From Candidatus Aenigmatarchaeota archaeon (GTDB lineage: Archaea > Aenigmatarchaeota > Aenigmatarchaeia > CG10238-14), in contig JAGVVZ010000002.1 of the NCBI GenBank assembly GCA_018304545.1, forward strand, positions 16,999 through 80,998: a stretch of 64,000 nucleotides of DNA, in the 5' to 3' direction. A program made the position numbers and the translations under genes. Position 1 is the first letter of the stretch, and every line of letters begins with the position of its first letter. Below, in pieces: positions 38,430 through 48,173 of the stretch. A model generated the notes under the pieces. It was not told the DNA's origin. It did not search any database and worked only from the letters and a program-made list of their open reading frames with translations.

Positions 38430-40157
38430 TTGAATATGAAATACTCTATTCTCTGTGACAGTTACGAAGTTCTAGAATCAATACCATCAAAATTATCAAA
38501 GGCTGATATATTAGCAAAACTTTTTTCAGAGACACATTCAAATGAGTTGCCAAAAATAGTATTGCTAGCACAGGGAATGGTTTTTCCTAAATTTTCAGGA
38601 AACGAACCGGGTGTGGCAATTCAGATTATGATGAAAGCTATTTCTAAAACAACTGGATTTACACAACAAGAAGTAGAAAACAAATTTAAAAAAACAGGTG
38701 ATCTTGGACTTACTGTTGAACAATTTATAAAGAATAGAAAACAATCTACCCTCTCGAAAAAGATGTTGACAATAGACAACATATTCAATAATATACAACA
38801 ATTGTCGTTCATGAGTGGTCATGGATCTCAAGACAGGAAATTAAATCTAATAGCTGAACTTTTAGTTTCTGCGTCTCCCAAAGAAGCAAAATATATTGTA
38901 AGAACTATACTAGAAGAGTTGAGAGTGGGCGTCGGTGAAGGAATAATAAGGGATGCTATAGTAAAGGCGTTTTTAGTTTCTGAAAATACGACAAAAGAAG
39001 AAAAAAATGAAATAACAAAGATCGTGGAGAATGCTTGGTGTATATTTTCCGATTTCGGACAAGTTGCTAAGATAGCAAAGGAGGATGGTATTCAAGGATT
39101 AAAACGGGTTAAAATACAAATAGGGAACCCTGTACAGGTTATGCTAGGTGAAAAGGCAGAATCGATAAAAGAGGTTTTTGATAAATTCGAAAAATTAACA
39201 GTTGAATTTAAGTATGATGGGATGAGAGCGCAAATTCATAAGAAAAATAAAGACATATGGATTTTTACAAGAAGATTAGAAAACGTTACTAAACAATTTC
39301 CAGATCTTGTTGAATTATGCAAAAGGAGTTTGATGGTTGATGAATGTATAATTGAAGGAGAGGTGTTAGGTATCGACCCTAAAACCAAACTTCCTTTAAC
39401 CTTTCAAAAATTATCGCAAAGAATACATAGAAAATATTATATCGAACAAATTTCAGAAAAAATCCCCATACAAATGAATGTTTTTGATGTATTATACGTG
39501 GATGGAAAGATGATATTAGACAAAGAATTCAAAGAAAGAAGAAATATCCTGAAAGGCATAATTAAAGAAATTCCTGACAAATTTAAAATTGCTTCCCAGA
39601 TAATTACAAACGACATAAAAGAAGCAGAAATTTTTTATAAAAAGTCTCTAAAAGAAGGCCAAGAAGGCGTGTTTTTGAAAGTTCCTAGTTCAAAATACGT
39701 TTTTGGAAGACGTGTAGATGGTTGGTATAAAATAAAACCAAATGTAGAAACACTCGATCTCGTGATAATTGGAGCGACTTGGGGGACAGGAAAAAGAGTC
39801 GGTGTTATAGGATCATATATTCTTGGATGTAGGGATGAAGAAACAGGTGATTTTTTAGAATGCGGGATGTTGGGTAGTGGGGTAAAAGAGAAGGAAAATG
39901 AAAAGGAACATACTACATTAAAAGACCTAACAAAATTATTAAAACCTTATATAGTGTCTGATAGAGGTGTTGAAATTAAAATAAAACCAAAAATAATAAT
40001 TTCAGTTGACTATCAAGAAATACAAAAATCATCTAACTATAAATCTGGATTTGCCCTAAGATTTCCTAGATTTGTATCATTGAGAAATGACAAAGGATTA
40101 AATGATGTAGATACATTAGACAGAATAAATAAACTTTACCGGGTTCAAAAAAAATAA
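38430..40157 (+). CDS. lig: ATP-dependent DNA ligase
   Basis: 575 aa; adenylation motif EFKYDGMRAQIH (KxDGxR), plus motifs III-VI and an OB domain. Confidence 0.9.
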   Translation: MNMKYSILCDSYEVLESIPSKLSKADILAKLFSETHSNELPKIVLLAQGMVFPKFSGNEPGVAIQIMMKAISKTTGFTQQEVENKFKKTGDLGLTVEQFIKNRKQSTLSKKMLTIDNIFNNIQQLSFMSGHGSQDRKLNLIAELLVSASPKEAKYIVRTILEELRVGVGEGIIRDAIVKAFLVSENTTKEEKNEITKIVENAWCIFSDFGQVAKIAKEDGIQGLKRVKIQIGNPVQVMLGEKAESIKEVFDKFEKLTVEFKYDGMRAQIHKKNKDIWIFTRRLENVTKQFPDLVELCKRSLMVDECIIEGEVLGIDPKTKLPLTFQKLSQRIHRKYYIEQISEKIPIQMNVFDVLYVDGKMILDKEFKERRNILKGIIKEIPDKFKIASQIITNDIKEAEIFYKKSLKEGQEGVFLKVPSSKYVFGRRVDGWYKIKPNVETLDLVIIGATWGTGKRVGVIGSYILGCRDEETGDFLECGMLGSGVKEKENEKEHTTLKDLTKLLKPYIVSDRGVEIKIKPKIIISVDYQEIQKSSNYKSGFALRFPRFVSLRNDKGLNDVDTLDRINKLYRVQKK

Positions 40158-40278
40158 ATAACAGATTAAAGATAAAAAATGTGGTTATAGAATAGAAATA
40201 ATTTTTTCTAAAAATGTATAACTAAAAATATTAATACTCAACTTCACTATAAAGTAATACAAGGGGGGGTTATTTTAA

Positions 40279-41106
40279 ATGGTAGGATCTGCTCAATTAA
40301 TGGACTCTTTACGTGGTATTGGATTAAATTTGTATGAAAGAAAATTATGGGTAAGTTTACTAGCCAAAGGTGTGGCAACAGCGGGAGAATTATCATCTAT
40401 TGCACATGTTCCAAGATCCAGAACCTATGATGTTCTTCAAACATTAGCTGATAAAGGTTTTGCAATTGTACAAACATCCAAGCCGTTGAAATACGTAGCC
40501 GTTCCACCTTCTGAAGCTTTAGAAAAAGCCAAACAAAGGCTGAAAGAAGATTTGGAAACAAAGGCTGAAAGAATTGAAAGGTTAAAAGGTTCCAAACTTT
40601 TAGATGAATTAGACAGTATCCATAAGCAGGGAATGGAAATGGTATCACCTGAAGATATGACAGGATCATTAAAAGGCAGATATTCCGCAATTCAACAATT
40701 AGATTTTATGTTTAAAGGTGCAGAAAATTCCGTAAATATAATAACCACTGCATCTGGGCTCAACGAATTATTTGAAAATCATTTAAGTGTTATAAAAGGA
40801 CTGAAACAAAGGGGTGTAAAAATAAGAATAGCGACAAAAATAAATGATGGTTGCGCTGATGCTGTAAAAGCTCTTTCTTCCCTAGCAGATATTAGAAAAA
40901 TATCTGAAAAGGATTTACCGATACATGGAAAATTTGCGGTTGTCGATGGACAACAAATGATTTTTGGTTTATCTGATCCGGACGATATGCAATCACAACA
41001 TATGATGTTTTGGACAAAATCTCAACATGCATCTAAAAATCTTGCAAATCCTTTGTTTGATTTAGTATGGGAGAAATCTGCTTCTGTAAACTCGAATAAA
41101 AAATAA
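40279..41106 (+). CDS. TrmB-family transcriptional regulator
   Basis: N-terminal wHTH ..YERKLWVSLLAKGVATAGELSSIAHVPRSRTYDVLQTLADKGF.. and a C-terminal sensing domain; 275 aa. Confidence 0.6.
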   Translation: MVGSAQLMDSLRGIGLNLYERKLWVSLLAKGVATAGELSSIAHVPRSRTYDVLQTLADKGFAIVQTSKPLKYVAVPPSEALEKAKQRLKEDLETKAERIERLKGSKLLDELDSIHKQGMEMVSPEDMTGSLKGRYSAIQQLDFMFKGAENSVNIITTASGLNELFENHLSVIKGLKQRGVKIRIATKINDGCADAVKALSSLADIRKISEKDLPIHGKFAVVDGQQMIFGLSDPDDMQSQHMMFWTKSQHASKNLANPLFDLVWEKSASVNSNKK

Positions 41107-41111
41107 TATTT

Positions 41112-42977
41112 TCATATAAATATTGGTCTCTGAGATAATTTTTTTGGTAAAGATAAAGATTTTAATGGTTTGTCCTTCATTTCGTTTTTAATCAACTTTA
41201 CCAAATCGTCCATCTTCATTTTAGTTTCTTTGCTTTTTTCTTTTCTTATTCTAACATTAAATTCTTTACTTTCTTTTTCTCTCTTTCCAATTACTAAAAT
41301 AAATGGAATCCACTCCATTTCAGAATTTCTAATTTTTTTATCTATACTTTCAACTCTGTCATCAATATCAACTCTAATATTATTCAATTCTAACTCCTTA
41401 GCGATTTCCTCACAATATCCAATAAAGTCGCTATTTATTGGGCATAATCTTACCTGTATAGGAGACAACCAAACGGGTAATTCTGGGTTATTACCTTTTT
41501 TAGATTCCAAATATGCTTTCTCCAAAATAGCGTAGAACACTCTTTCTAAACTCCCTGATGGAGAACAGTGTAAAACCAAAGGGTATTTTGATTTACCATC
41601 TTCATCAGTATATTTCATATTAAATCTTTCTCCGTTTTCATGATCTATTTGAACCGTTGAAAGAGCTGAAGCTTTGTCCATAGAATCCACAAAATTAAAT
41701 TCAAATTTGGGATCAAAATATGCATATCTAAAGTTCCACATTTCAATTAATACAGGTTTATTAACAAGTTCGACTAGATTGATAACAAAGTTTTTGTTTT
41801 CTTTCCAAAAATCTTTAGTGAATCTAATAGCAACTTCAAAATCATCCACGCTCAAACCAAGATCATTCAAGGCCTCTATAGATAATTTATATTGATTTGT
41901 ATATTCTTTCTTTGCTTGTTCCAAATCTTTACATAGGGTATGCATATCAGGCATCGTAAATGCCCTCAATCTTCTTAATCCGACTAACTCTCCTGCCTTT
42001 TCTAATCTGAATGAATATCTAGTTAATTCATAAATTTTCATTGGTAGGTCTTTGTATGATATCTGAGATGCCGCTGCAGTTAAAAATTGACCAAAACAAG
42101 CGCTGAATCTAAGGAAGAATTTTTTCTTTGCTGATTCTACTGTATATTGTCTTGCGGGGAATCTATTCAAATAACTTTTTAGTGCTGGATGATCATAATC
42201 ATACATTATAGGTGTTTCTACTTCCATCCCGCCATAATTGATTATTTTTTGTGTTACCCACATTTCCAACAAACTTTTCATTAATCTGCCTTTAGGTAAA
42301 AATCTAAAATTACCAGGATCACTGCCTGGTTCATAATCTACTAATTGTAAAGCTTTCATCAATTTTACATGTGCGGGAACTTCAGAAACAGCTCTTACTT
42401 TGGCATATTCGTAATTGAAAAATTTCTCAAGATTTTTGTGTTTCTTAAAATCAAATTTCTTCGCATCTACCAAACTACCGTCCGGCTTTAATATAAACCA
42501 TTCTGAAATGACTTTTTCTTCTTGTTTTAATGCCTGCGAAACTTCTCCGTCATCCTCTCTAACACTGTCAGAAGAAAATACTTTAAACTGTTCTGCCATG
42601 GGGTGTGCTTTAATTTTAATTGAAAATTGTTTATTCCAACCAAATGGTGATCTATATGTCTCGATACCGATTTCTTTCATGAAAATTTCCATTTTTTTGA
42701 GTAAATCCAAAGCATCGGAAGGCTTAGCCAAATTACTACTTAAATGAGCATAAGGATGAATCAAAACTTTATTAACTTTTAGATTATCCAAACTTGATTT
42801 TATTTCTTTTATTGCAGATTTAATAATTTTTTCATTATCATCTTTTTCTATAGAAACGAACAACACAGCTAAATCATCAAATTTTACTTTCTTTTTTTCC
42901 GCATTCTCGGCTATTGAGATTTCCTTTTCTATCGGTTCATACTCAAAATAATCTGCGTGGTGTTGTATTACTCTCAT
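41112..42977 (-). CDS. thrS: Threonyl-tRNA synthetase (archaeal type with N-terminal editing domain)
   Basis: Class II motif 2 FRLEKAGELVGLRRLRAFTMPDMHTLC (R-x-E...GL-R-R-FT..D-H), 621 aa, C-terminal anticodon-binding domain. Confidence 0.75.
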   Translation of the reverse strand: MRVIQHHADYFEYEPIEKEISIAENAEKKKVKFDDLAVLFVSIEKDDNEKIIKSAIKEIKSSLDNLKVNKVLIHPYAHLSSNLAKPSDALDLLKKMEIFMKEIGIETYRSPFGWNKQFSIKIKAHPMAEQFKVFSSDSVREDDGEVSQALKQEEKVISEWFILKPDGSLVDAKKFDFKKHKNLEKFFNYEYAKVRAVSEVPAHVKLMKALQLVDYEPGSDPGNFRFLPKGRLMKSLLEMWVTQKIINYGGMEVETPIMYDYDHPALKSYLNRFPARQYTVESAKKKFFLRFSACFGQFLTAAASQISYKDLPMKIYELTRYSFRLEKAGELVGLRRLRAFTMPDMHTLCKDLEQAKKEYTNQYKLSIEALNDLGLSVDDFEVAIRFTKDFWKENKNFVINLVELVNKPVLIEMWNFRYAYFDPKFEFNFVDSMDKASALSTVQIDHENGERFNMKYTDEDGKSKYPLVLHCSPSGSLERVFYAILEKAYLESKKGNNPELPVWLSPIQVRLCPINSDFIGYCEEIAKELELNNIRVDIDDRVESIDKKIRNSEMEWIPFILVIGKREKESKEFNVRIRKEKSKETKMKMDDLVKLIKNEMKDKPLKSLSLPKKLSQRPIFI

Positions 42978-43033
42978 ATAATTACCTCATTAATCTTTGA
43001 CCTATATATTTAAATTTCATACTAAATGTCGTA

Positions 43034-43246
43034 TCAATATCTTATGGGTTCAGCTTCTTCTAATCCATATCCATAACTTTCTCTAAACTGACGTTTTACC
43101 GCCATATCTGGATGTATGGGATGATATTTAGCAATAGCTCTTTTGGCCAGTTTTTTAGCTTCTATCAATCCTAGTACATAAACAAGTTTACTCGTGATTT
43201 CCAAACTTGGCACTGGATCTGGCCAACCACAATCTGTTTCTGTCAA
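43034..43246 (-). CDS. Hypothetical 70-aa protein (TTG start); see 43243..43515
   Basis: MTETDCGWPDPVPSLEITSKLVYVLGLIEAKKLAKRAIAKYHP...; no recognisable family. Confidence 0.25.
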   Translation of the reverse strand: MTETDCGWPDPVPSLEITSKLVYVLGLIEAKKLAKRAIAKYHPIHPDMAVKRQFRESYGYGLEEAEPIRY

Positions 43247-43515
43247 AATATCATCTTTTCAAGTAAGTTTGGTCTACCTCTATCTTTTTCAGAAACAGAT
43301 AATTGAATGTTACTAAATTCTAAAAAACCAAATCCACCAGAATTTCTCCTAAAGGCAGATTTAGAGCATGAAATTTTTTTAATGTTGGGACATTTCAACA
43401 AAACTTTTTCTATTAATTTTTTATTTAAGAATTTTCTAAAATGAACTATTTTTATATTAGGTGAAAGTTTTTCTAAATCTGAATAACTAGAAATAGAGAC
43501 TTGTTTGGCGTTCAC
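43243..43515 (-). CDS. Hypothetical 90-aa protein; possibly the upstream half of a frameshifted/split gene together with 43034..43246
   Basis: Ends ..LLEKMIF-TGA. The next ORF begins with TTG one nucleotide into that stop codon (TTT TGA CAG vs T TTG ACA G), i.e. in the -1 frame. Confidence 0.25.
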   Translation of the reverse strand: MNAKQVSISSYSDLEKLSPNIKIVHFRKFLNKKLIEKVLLKCPNIKKISCSKSAFRRNSGGFGFLEFSNIQLSVSEKDRGRPNLLEKMIF

Positions 43516-43600
43516 CCTGTCCGATTTTCACCAGTCATCACAACCACTTACCTGAGTAATTATAGGTTTAACCTTATAAAATTTTCTAAATGTCACGAAT

Positions 43601-44098
43601 TTAGAATATATACCCGAACCAGAACCATGAAATGGCTGCTATGCTACCAAAAGCTATAACTAGCGTATTCATTAAATCTGACAAATCTTCCTTCTTTGAA
43701 GAAATGTGCAAACCTACGCCATATAATGAAAGCCAAACCCATTGATATATAAAAAACGATACTATACCATTTTGCAAATTGTATTTAGAAGAAAAAGTAA
43801 CCGCTTCAATGACTGAGATAAAAAATCCTGTTAAAGCAACCAGAATATGAACATGTTTATTATCTATACGAGTGAATTTACCTATTATTACCGCAAATTC
43901 TAAAAAAATCATAAAAAAGGCAAAGGCTATGTTATCTGGGTTCCACGCATAAATAAGCGTCGCCATGACTATCGGCAGAAGTAAAAAAAGTGCCGTTATT
44001 ATGTGAATAAAGTTATTCTCCAAATCAAATATTTGCATATAATACACTTTTAAACAATATTCATCAAACAATATTATAAAAATTTGAATAAAAAACAA
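43601..44098 (-). CDS. Integral membrane protein (4-5 TM), hypothetical
   Basis: 165-aa hydrophobic ORF. Confidence 0.3.
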   Translation of the reverse strand: MFFIQIFIILFDEYCLKVYYMQIFDLENNFIHIITALFLLLPIVMATLIYAWNPDNIAFAFFMIFLEFAVIIGKFTRIDNKHVHILVALTGFFISVIEAVTFSSKYNLQNGIVSFFIYQWVWLSLYGVGLHISSKKEDLSDLMNTLVIAFGSIAAISWFWFGYIF

Positions 44099-44440
44099 AC
44101 TATAATATTATTTAGTGATTTAATGAAAAATATACAAATAGTTGGTTTTGAAGAGATAGATCTACATACAATAAGCATAATAAAACAAAAGATTTGGGAT
44201 TTAGTTAATAGACATGAGAAAATTTTCGGTGAAAATAGGATTACCGATTTTAAGCTTGTTGCAAACAAGATAAGAAAAAGAGAGCACCCAGATTATGAAA
44301 TAAGTGCACATCTTGATACTCCATTAGGTCATTTTAGAACCTCTAAGTCTGGATGGAAAGTTTTAGATGTAACTGAAAACGTACTAGAAGAATTAGAAAG
44401 ATTAGTAATTGAAAAAAAAGATAAAATTAAGCAATTTTAA
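44084..44440 (+). CDS. Hypothetical soluble protein
   Basis: 118-aa charged ORF with no recognised motif. Confidence 0.25.
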   Translation: MNKKQTIILFSDLMKNIQIVGFEEIDLHTISIIKQKIWDLVNRHEKIFGENRITDFKLVANKIRKREHPDYEISAHLDTPLGHFRTSKSGWKVLDVTENVLEELERLVIEKKDKIKQF

Positions 44441-44495
44441 TAGATGCATAGTCCATGAATGTATAATAAATAAATTAAACTACAGCTAAATATAA

Positions 44496-44585
44496 AGCCC
44501 GGTAGTGTAGCGGTCAAGCACACTCTTTTGAGGCTTAAAGTGGGCTTTGGACCCATTAACTCAGGTTCGAATCCTGACCGGGCTA
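44496..44585 (+). tRNA. tRNA-Gln(TTG) with a ~17-nt insertion between position 26 and the anticodon stem (non-canonical intron)
   Basis: AGCCCGG-TA-GTGT-AGCGGTCAA-GCAC-A-[ctcttttgaggcttaaa]-GTGGG-CTTTGGA-CCCAT-TAAC-TCAGG-TTCGAAT-CCTGA-CCGGGCT-A. Confidence 0.65.
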
Positions 44586-44596
44586 TTGGTGATTTT

Positions 44597-45274
44597 TTGG
44601 AGCCAATTCTTGAAAAGAAAAAATTACAAGATATATATAATATCATTGCAGATTCATGGACAAATCTCAGATCAAAACCAAAAGATTTTATTGTGGAAAT
44701 TAGCAAAAAAATTAACGGCAATAATATACTAGATCTTGGTTGCGGTAACTGTAGTGGTATGATACCATTTTTAGAAAGAAAAATGATGTGTGTTGGATTA
44801 GATTATTCTAAAAGTATGATAAGAGAAGCAAAAAAATTATTAGACAGAAAAAAAGTGAGAGGTTACTTAACCATAGGTGACGTGATAAATCTTCCATTTA
44901 AGAATTCAACGTTTGATGTTGTTTTGTACATAGCCGCATTTCATCATATACCAACAAGAAAGCTGCGCCTGATTTCTTTAGAAGAAATAAAAAGAACCAC
45001 TCCAATCAAATGCAACGTTTATATCGCGGTTTGGAACAGAATGCAATTTAAATTTGTGCTAAAGCTTTTCATTTCGCTATTTAAGAAAAAATATGAATTT
45101 GGTGATATATTTCAACCATGGAATTATCACGGGAAAACCTTTAAGAGATTTTATCACTTATATACAAAACACGAGTTAGAAACGGATATAGAAACAGCTG
45201 GATTCAAAATAAATAAAATCGATGTTGGAAAAGGCTATAATAGGAGAAATATATTCATGGAAGTGTCAAAATGA
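44597..45274 (+). CDS. Class I SAM-dependent methyltransferase (start inferred as TTG just after the tRNA)
   Basis: Motif I ..ILDLGCGNCSG.. and post-I acidic motif ..CVGLDYS... The tracked ORF start (44528) lies inside tRNA-Gln. Confidence 0.6.
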   Translation: MEPILEKKKLQDIYNIIADSWTNLRSKPKDFIVEISKKINGNNILDLGCGNCSGMIPFLERKMMCVGLDYSKSMIREAKKLLDRKKVRGYLTIGDVINLPFKNSTFDVVLYIAAFHHIPTRKLRLISLEEIKRTTPIKCNVYIAVWNRMQFKFVLKLFISLFKKKYEFGDIFQPWNYHGKTFKRFYHLYTKHELETDIETAGFKINKIDVGKGYNRRNIFMEVSK

Positions 45275-46209
45275 GTAAATGCTCGAGTTGTAAGAACGAA
45301 TCTGTGTATTTTAGAACCAACGAAGGTAGGCATTATTGTAAAGTATGTTTCAGTAAAAATATAGAAAAAAAAGTGAGACTTACAATATCTAAAAACAATC
45401 TTATTAAAAATGGGGATAAAATAGTTGTTGCGTTTTCTGGAGGTAAAGATTCTGGAAATTTACTATATTTACTTCATAAAATCTTCAAAGATAATCCTAA
45501 TGTTAAGATTGTAGGAATGACAATAGATGAGGGTATTAAAGGATATAGGAATATCACTATAGACAAATGCGCTGATTTCTGTAAGAAATTGGACGTGGAA
45601 CATCATATTTTTACTTATAAAGAGTATTTCCATACAACCATCGATAACCTTGCCAAAGACAATGATGATAGTATGTGTGGTTTTTGTGGAATTTTTAGGA
45701 GATATTTGCTTAATGAGGGAGCAAGGAGATTAGATGCAACTAAATTAGCTACAGGACACAATTTAGATGACGAAACTCAAAGCATATTAATGAATGTTTT
45801 AAAGGGGGATCTTATGAGATTCGCCAGAATAGGTCCGATACCAAAAATAAAGAGGCACATAAAATTTGTTCAAAGAATCAAACCTTTGATAAGTATTCCT
45901 GAAAGAGAGTCTGCTTTGTATGCTATGCTTAATAGCATTCCTGCCTATTTTACTGAATGCCCATATGCACAAAGAAATGCACTCAGGATGGAAACAAGAG
46001 ATTTTCTTAATAAAATGGAGGAAAGATCACCCGGTATAAAATATAGTATAATATCCAGTGCCCAAAGAGTTGCTCCTTTTATAGAAGCAAGTTTTAAAAA
46101 ATCAAATATTAAGGAGTGTGAAACTTGTGGCGAACCAACTTCCGGAAATATATGCATAGTATGTCAAACTATGAAAAAAGTAAACATAAAGCTCTCAAAA
46201 TCTTCCTAA
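45271..46209 (+). CDS. PP-loop ATPase of the TtuA/Ncs6 family (tRNA thiolation) with N- and C-terminal CxxC zinc fingers
   Basis: N-terminal C-x2-C...C-x2-C, PP-loop ..VVAFSGGKDSGNLLYLL.., C-terminal ..CETCGEPTSGNICIVCQ..; 312 aa. Confidence 0.7.
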   Translation: MSKCSSCKNESVYFRTNEGRHYCKVCFSKNIEKKVRLTISKNNLIKNGDKIVVAFSGGKDSGNLLYLLHKIFKDNPNVKIVGMTIDEGIKGYRNITIDKCADFCKKLDVEHHIFTYKEYFHTTIDNLAKDNDDSMCGFCGIFRRYLLNEGARRLDATKLATGHNLDDETQSILMNVLKGDLMRFARIGPIPKIKRHIKFVQRIKPLISIPERESALYAMLNSIPAYFTECPYAQRNALRMETRDFLNKMEERSPGIKYSIISSAQRVAPFIEASFKKSNIKECETCGEPTSGNICIVCQTMKKVNIKLSKSS

Positions 46210-46550
46210 AGATTTTCCATTTTCTAATTCGTCTATTCTTGTTTGAAGAAAATTGATTCTATCTTGAAGAAATCTTACTTGTTTAATGCTTTTAGCCCCA
46301 AAAAGTCTTTTTTTCGTTAAAAATAACTCTTCTTGATAGAATCTTAATCTATGCATGTTTCTTCTATCCATTTGATCACTTAATATTACTTATTGGTGGT
46401 ACTAGTATATAAATGTTACTACTATTAGATAGAAATTATCAGATGTGGTTATTTGCTGTTCAAAGGTTGTAAATAGAGGTATGCAAGCAAAAGTCAGCAT
46501 ATTATAAAAGAAACAATTTAAGATAATACGTAGAAATCCTTTTTGATAGT

Positions 46551-48137
46551 ATGCTAGTTGAAGAAAAAATAAGCAAAGAAATTATTCAGAATATAGATAA
46601 AGGCAATGTAAAAACAAAAAAAGATCTTGAGAAATTCAAGAAGCAACTAAGTATGAAATATAAACTAAAGCACATGATAACAAGTCCTGATATAACAAAA
46701 TATATGTCAGATGAAAAGATAACAAAATTTTCTGAAATTATGCATATTAAGCCCACAAGAACCATTTCTGGTGTTGCTACAATAACTATTTCTTGCAAAC
46801 CAGGACCGTGTGGTGGCGCGTGTACTTATTGCTTACCGGCAACAAAAATAACTCCTAAGAGTTATAGTCCTTTAGAGCCTGCTATACAAAGAGCGATAAG
46901 AAATGAATTTGATCCTACAAGACAAATAAGAGATAGACTTAATCAGTATAAAATAATGGGTCATCCAAATGACAAAATAGAAATTATAATAATAGGTGGT
47001 ACTTTTCTAGCTCTAGAAAAGGACTATAAAGAATGGTTTATCAAAGACATTTATGATGGATTGAATGGCTTTGAATCTGGAGATCTACAACAGGCAATAA
47101 AAAAAAATGAATCTGCTAATCACAGATGTATAGGACTAACAATAGAAACCAGACCCGACTATTGTTTTGAGCCACATGTCGATGAAATGCTTAACTATGG
47201 GGCCACAAGAATAGAACTCGGCGTCCAATCAATATATAATGATGTTCTCTTGAAAATAAACAGAGGACATGGTGTCGAAGAAAATATAAAAGCAATAAGA
47301 ATAGCTAAAGACGCGGGATACAAAATTGTTGCTCATATAATGCCGTTCCTCCCGGGTTCTGATTTTAAACGGGAATTAAAAATGTTTAATATCTTATTTA
47401 CTAACCCAAATTTTATGCCTGACGATTATAAAATATATCCAACAATGGTTATGCCAAACACCATATTATATGAAGAATGGATGAATGGGAATTATACTCC
47501 ACCAACAGATGAAGATGTCAAAAATCTATTTGTCGAGATAAAAAAAATGGTTCCACCGTTTGTAAGATTTAGAAGAATGTTGAGAGATATGCCAGCAACT
47601 GAAATAGCAAGTGGCCCAAAAAAAAGTAATATAAGAGAAATTGCGTTACAAGAATTAAAAAATCAAGGATTAAAATGTAGGTGCACAAGATGCAGAGAAC
47701 CAGGACATGCCAAAAGGCTGCATAATATAGAACCAAATATAGAAAATATAGAACTTATAAGGAGAGATTACGATGCATCAGAAGGTAAAGAAATATTTTT
47801 ATCTTTTGAAGATACAAAAAATGATATTTTGATTGCATTAGCTAGATTAAGGGTCCCATCTGAAAAGACTCATAGAAAGGAAATAAAAAAAGTTGCAAGT
47901 GTTATAAGAGAACTACATACTTATGGTCCTTTAGTCCCGATAGACAAACAACCTAAAAATGAATGGCAGCATAGAGGATATGGAAAAGAGTTGATATCAG
48001 AAGCAGAAAAAATAAGCAAAGAAGAGTTTGATAGAAAAAAATTAGTTATAATAAGTGGCGTTGGCGTGAAAAAATATTTCACAAAACTGGGCTATTCTTA
48101 TGACGGGCCCTATATGTCTAAATTTTTAAATAAATGA
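46551..48137 (+). CDS. elp3: Elp3-family radical-SAM/GNAT tRNA-modification enzyme (elongator protein 3 homolog)
   Basis: 528 aa; N-terminal Cys cluster ..CKPGPCGGACTYC.., radical-SAM TIM-barrel region, C-terminal GNAT ..IRELHTYGPLVPIDK...WQHRGYGKELISEAE... Confidence 0.8.
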   Translation: MLVEEKISKEIIQNIDKGNVKTKKDLEKFKKQLSMKYKLKHMITSPDITKYMSDEKITKFSEIMHIKPTRTISGVATITISCKPGPCGGACTYCLPATKITPKSYSPLEPAIQRAIRNEFDPTRQIRDRLNQYKIMGHPNDKIEIIIIGGTFLALEKDYKEWFIKDIYDGLNGFESGDLQQAIKKNESANHRCIGLTIETRPDYCFEPHVDEMLNYGATRIELGVQSIYNDVLLKINRGHGVEENIKAIRIAKDAGYKIVAHIMPFLPGSDFKRELKMFNILFTNPNFMPDDYKIYPTMVMPNTILYEEWMNGNYTPPTDEDVKNLFVEIKKMVPPFVRFRRMLRDMPATEIASGPKKSNIREIALQELKNQGLKCRCTRCREPGHAKRLHNIEPNIENIELIRRDYDASEGKEIFLSFEDTKNDILIALARLRVPSEKTHRKEIKKVASVIRELHTYGPLVPIDKQPKNEWQHRGYGKELISEAEKISKEEFDRKKLVIISGVGVKKYFTKLGYSYDGPYMSKFLNK

Positions 48138-48173
48138 ATTATTTTTTATACACTAAAAAAGAAATAGTAATGA

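Noticed and set aside
44437-44721. Minus-strand 94-aa ORF, and the 44528 TTG start of the plus-strand ORF
   Set aside because: Both overlap tRNA-Gln (44496-44585). The methyltransferase start was moved downstream of the tRNA; the minus ORF is treated as spurious.
46206-46371. Minus-strand 55-aa coiled-coil ORF (MDRRNMHRLRFYQEELFLTKKRLFGAKSIKQVRFLQDRINFLQTRIDELENGKSL) in the TtuA-Elp3 intergenic region
   Set aside because: Could be a real small protein, but it overlaps the last codon of the TtuA-like gene and has no recognisable motif; left unannotated for lack of support.
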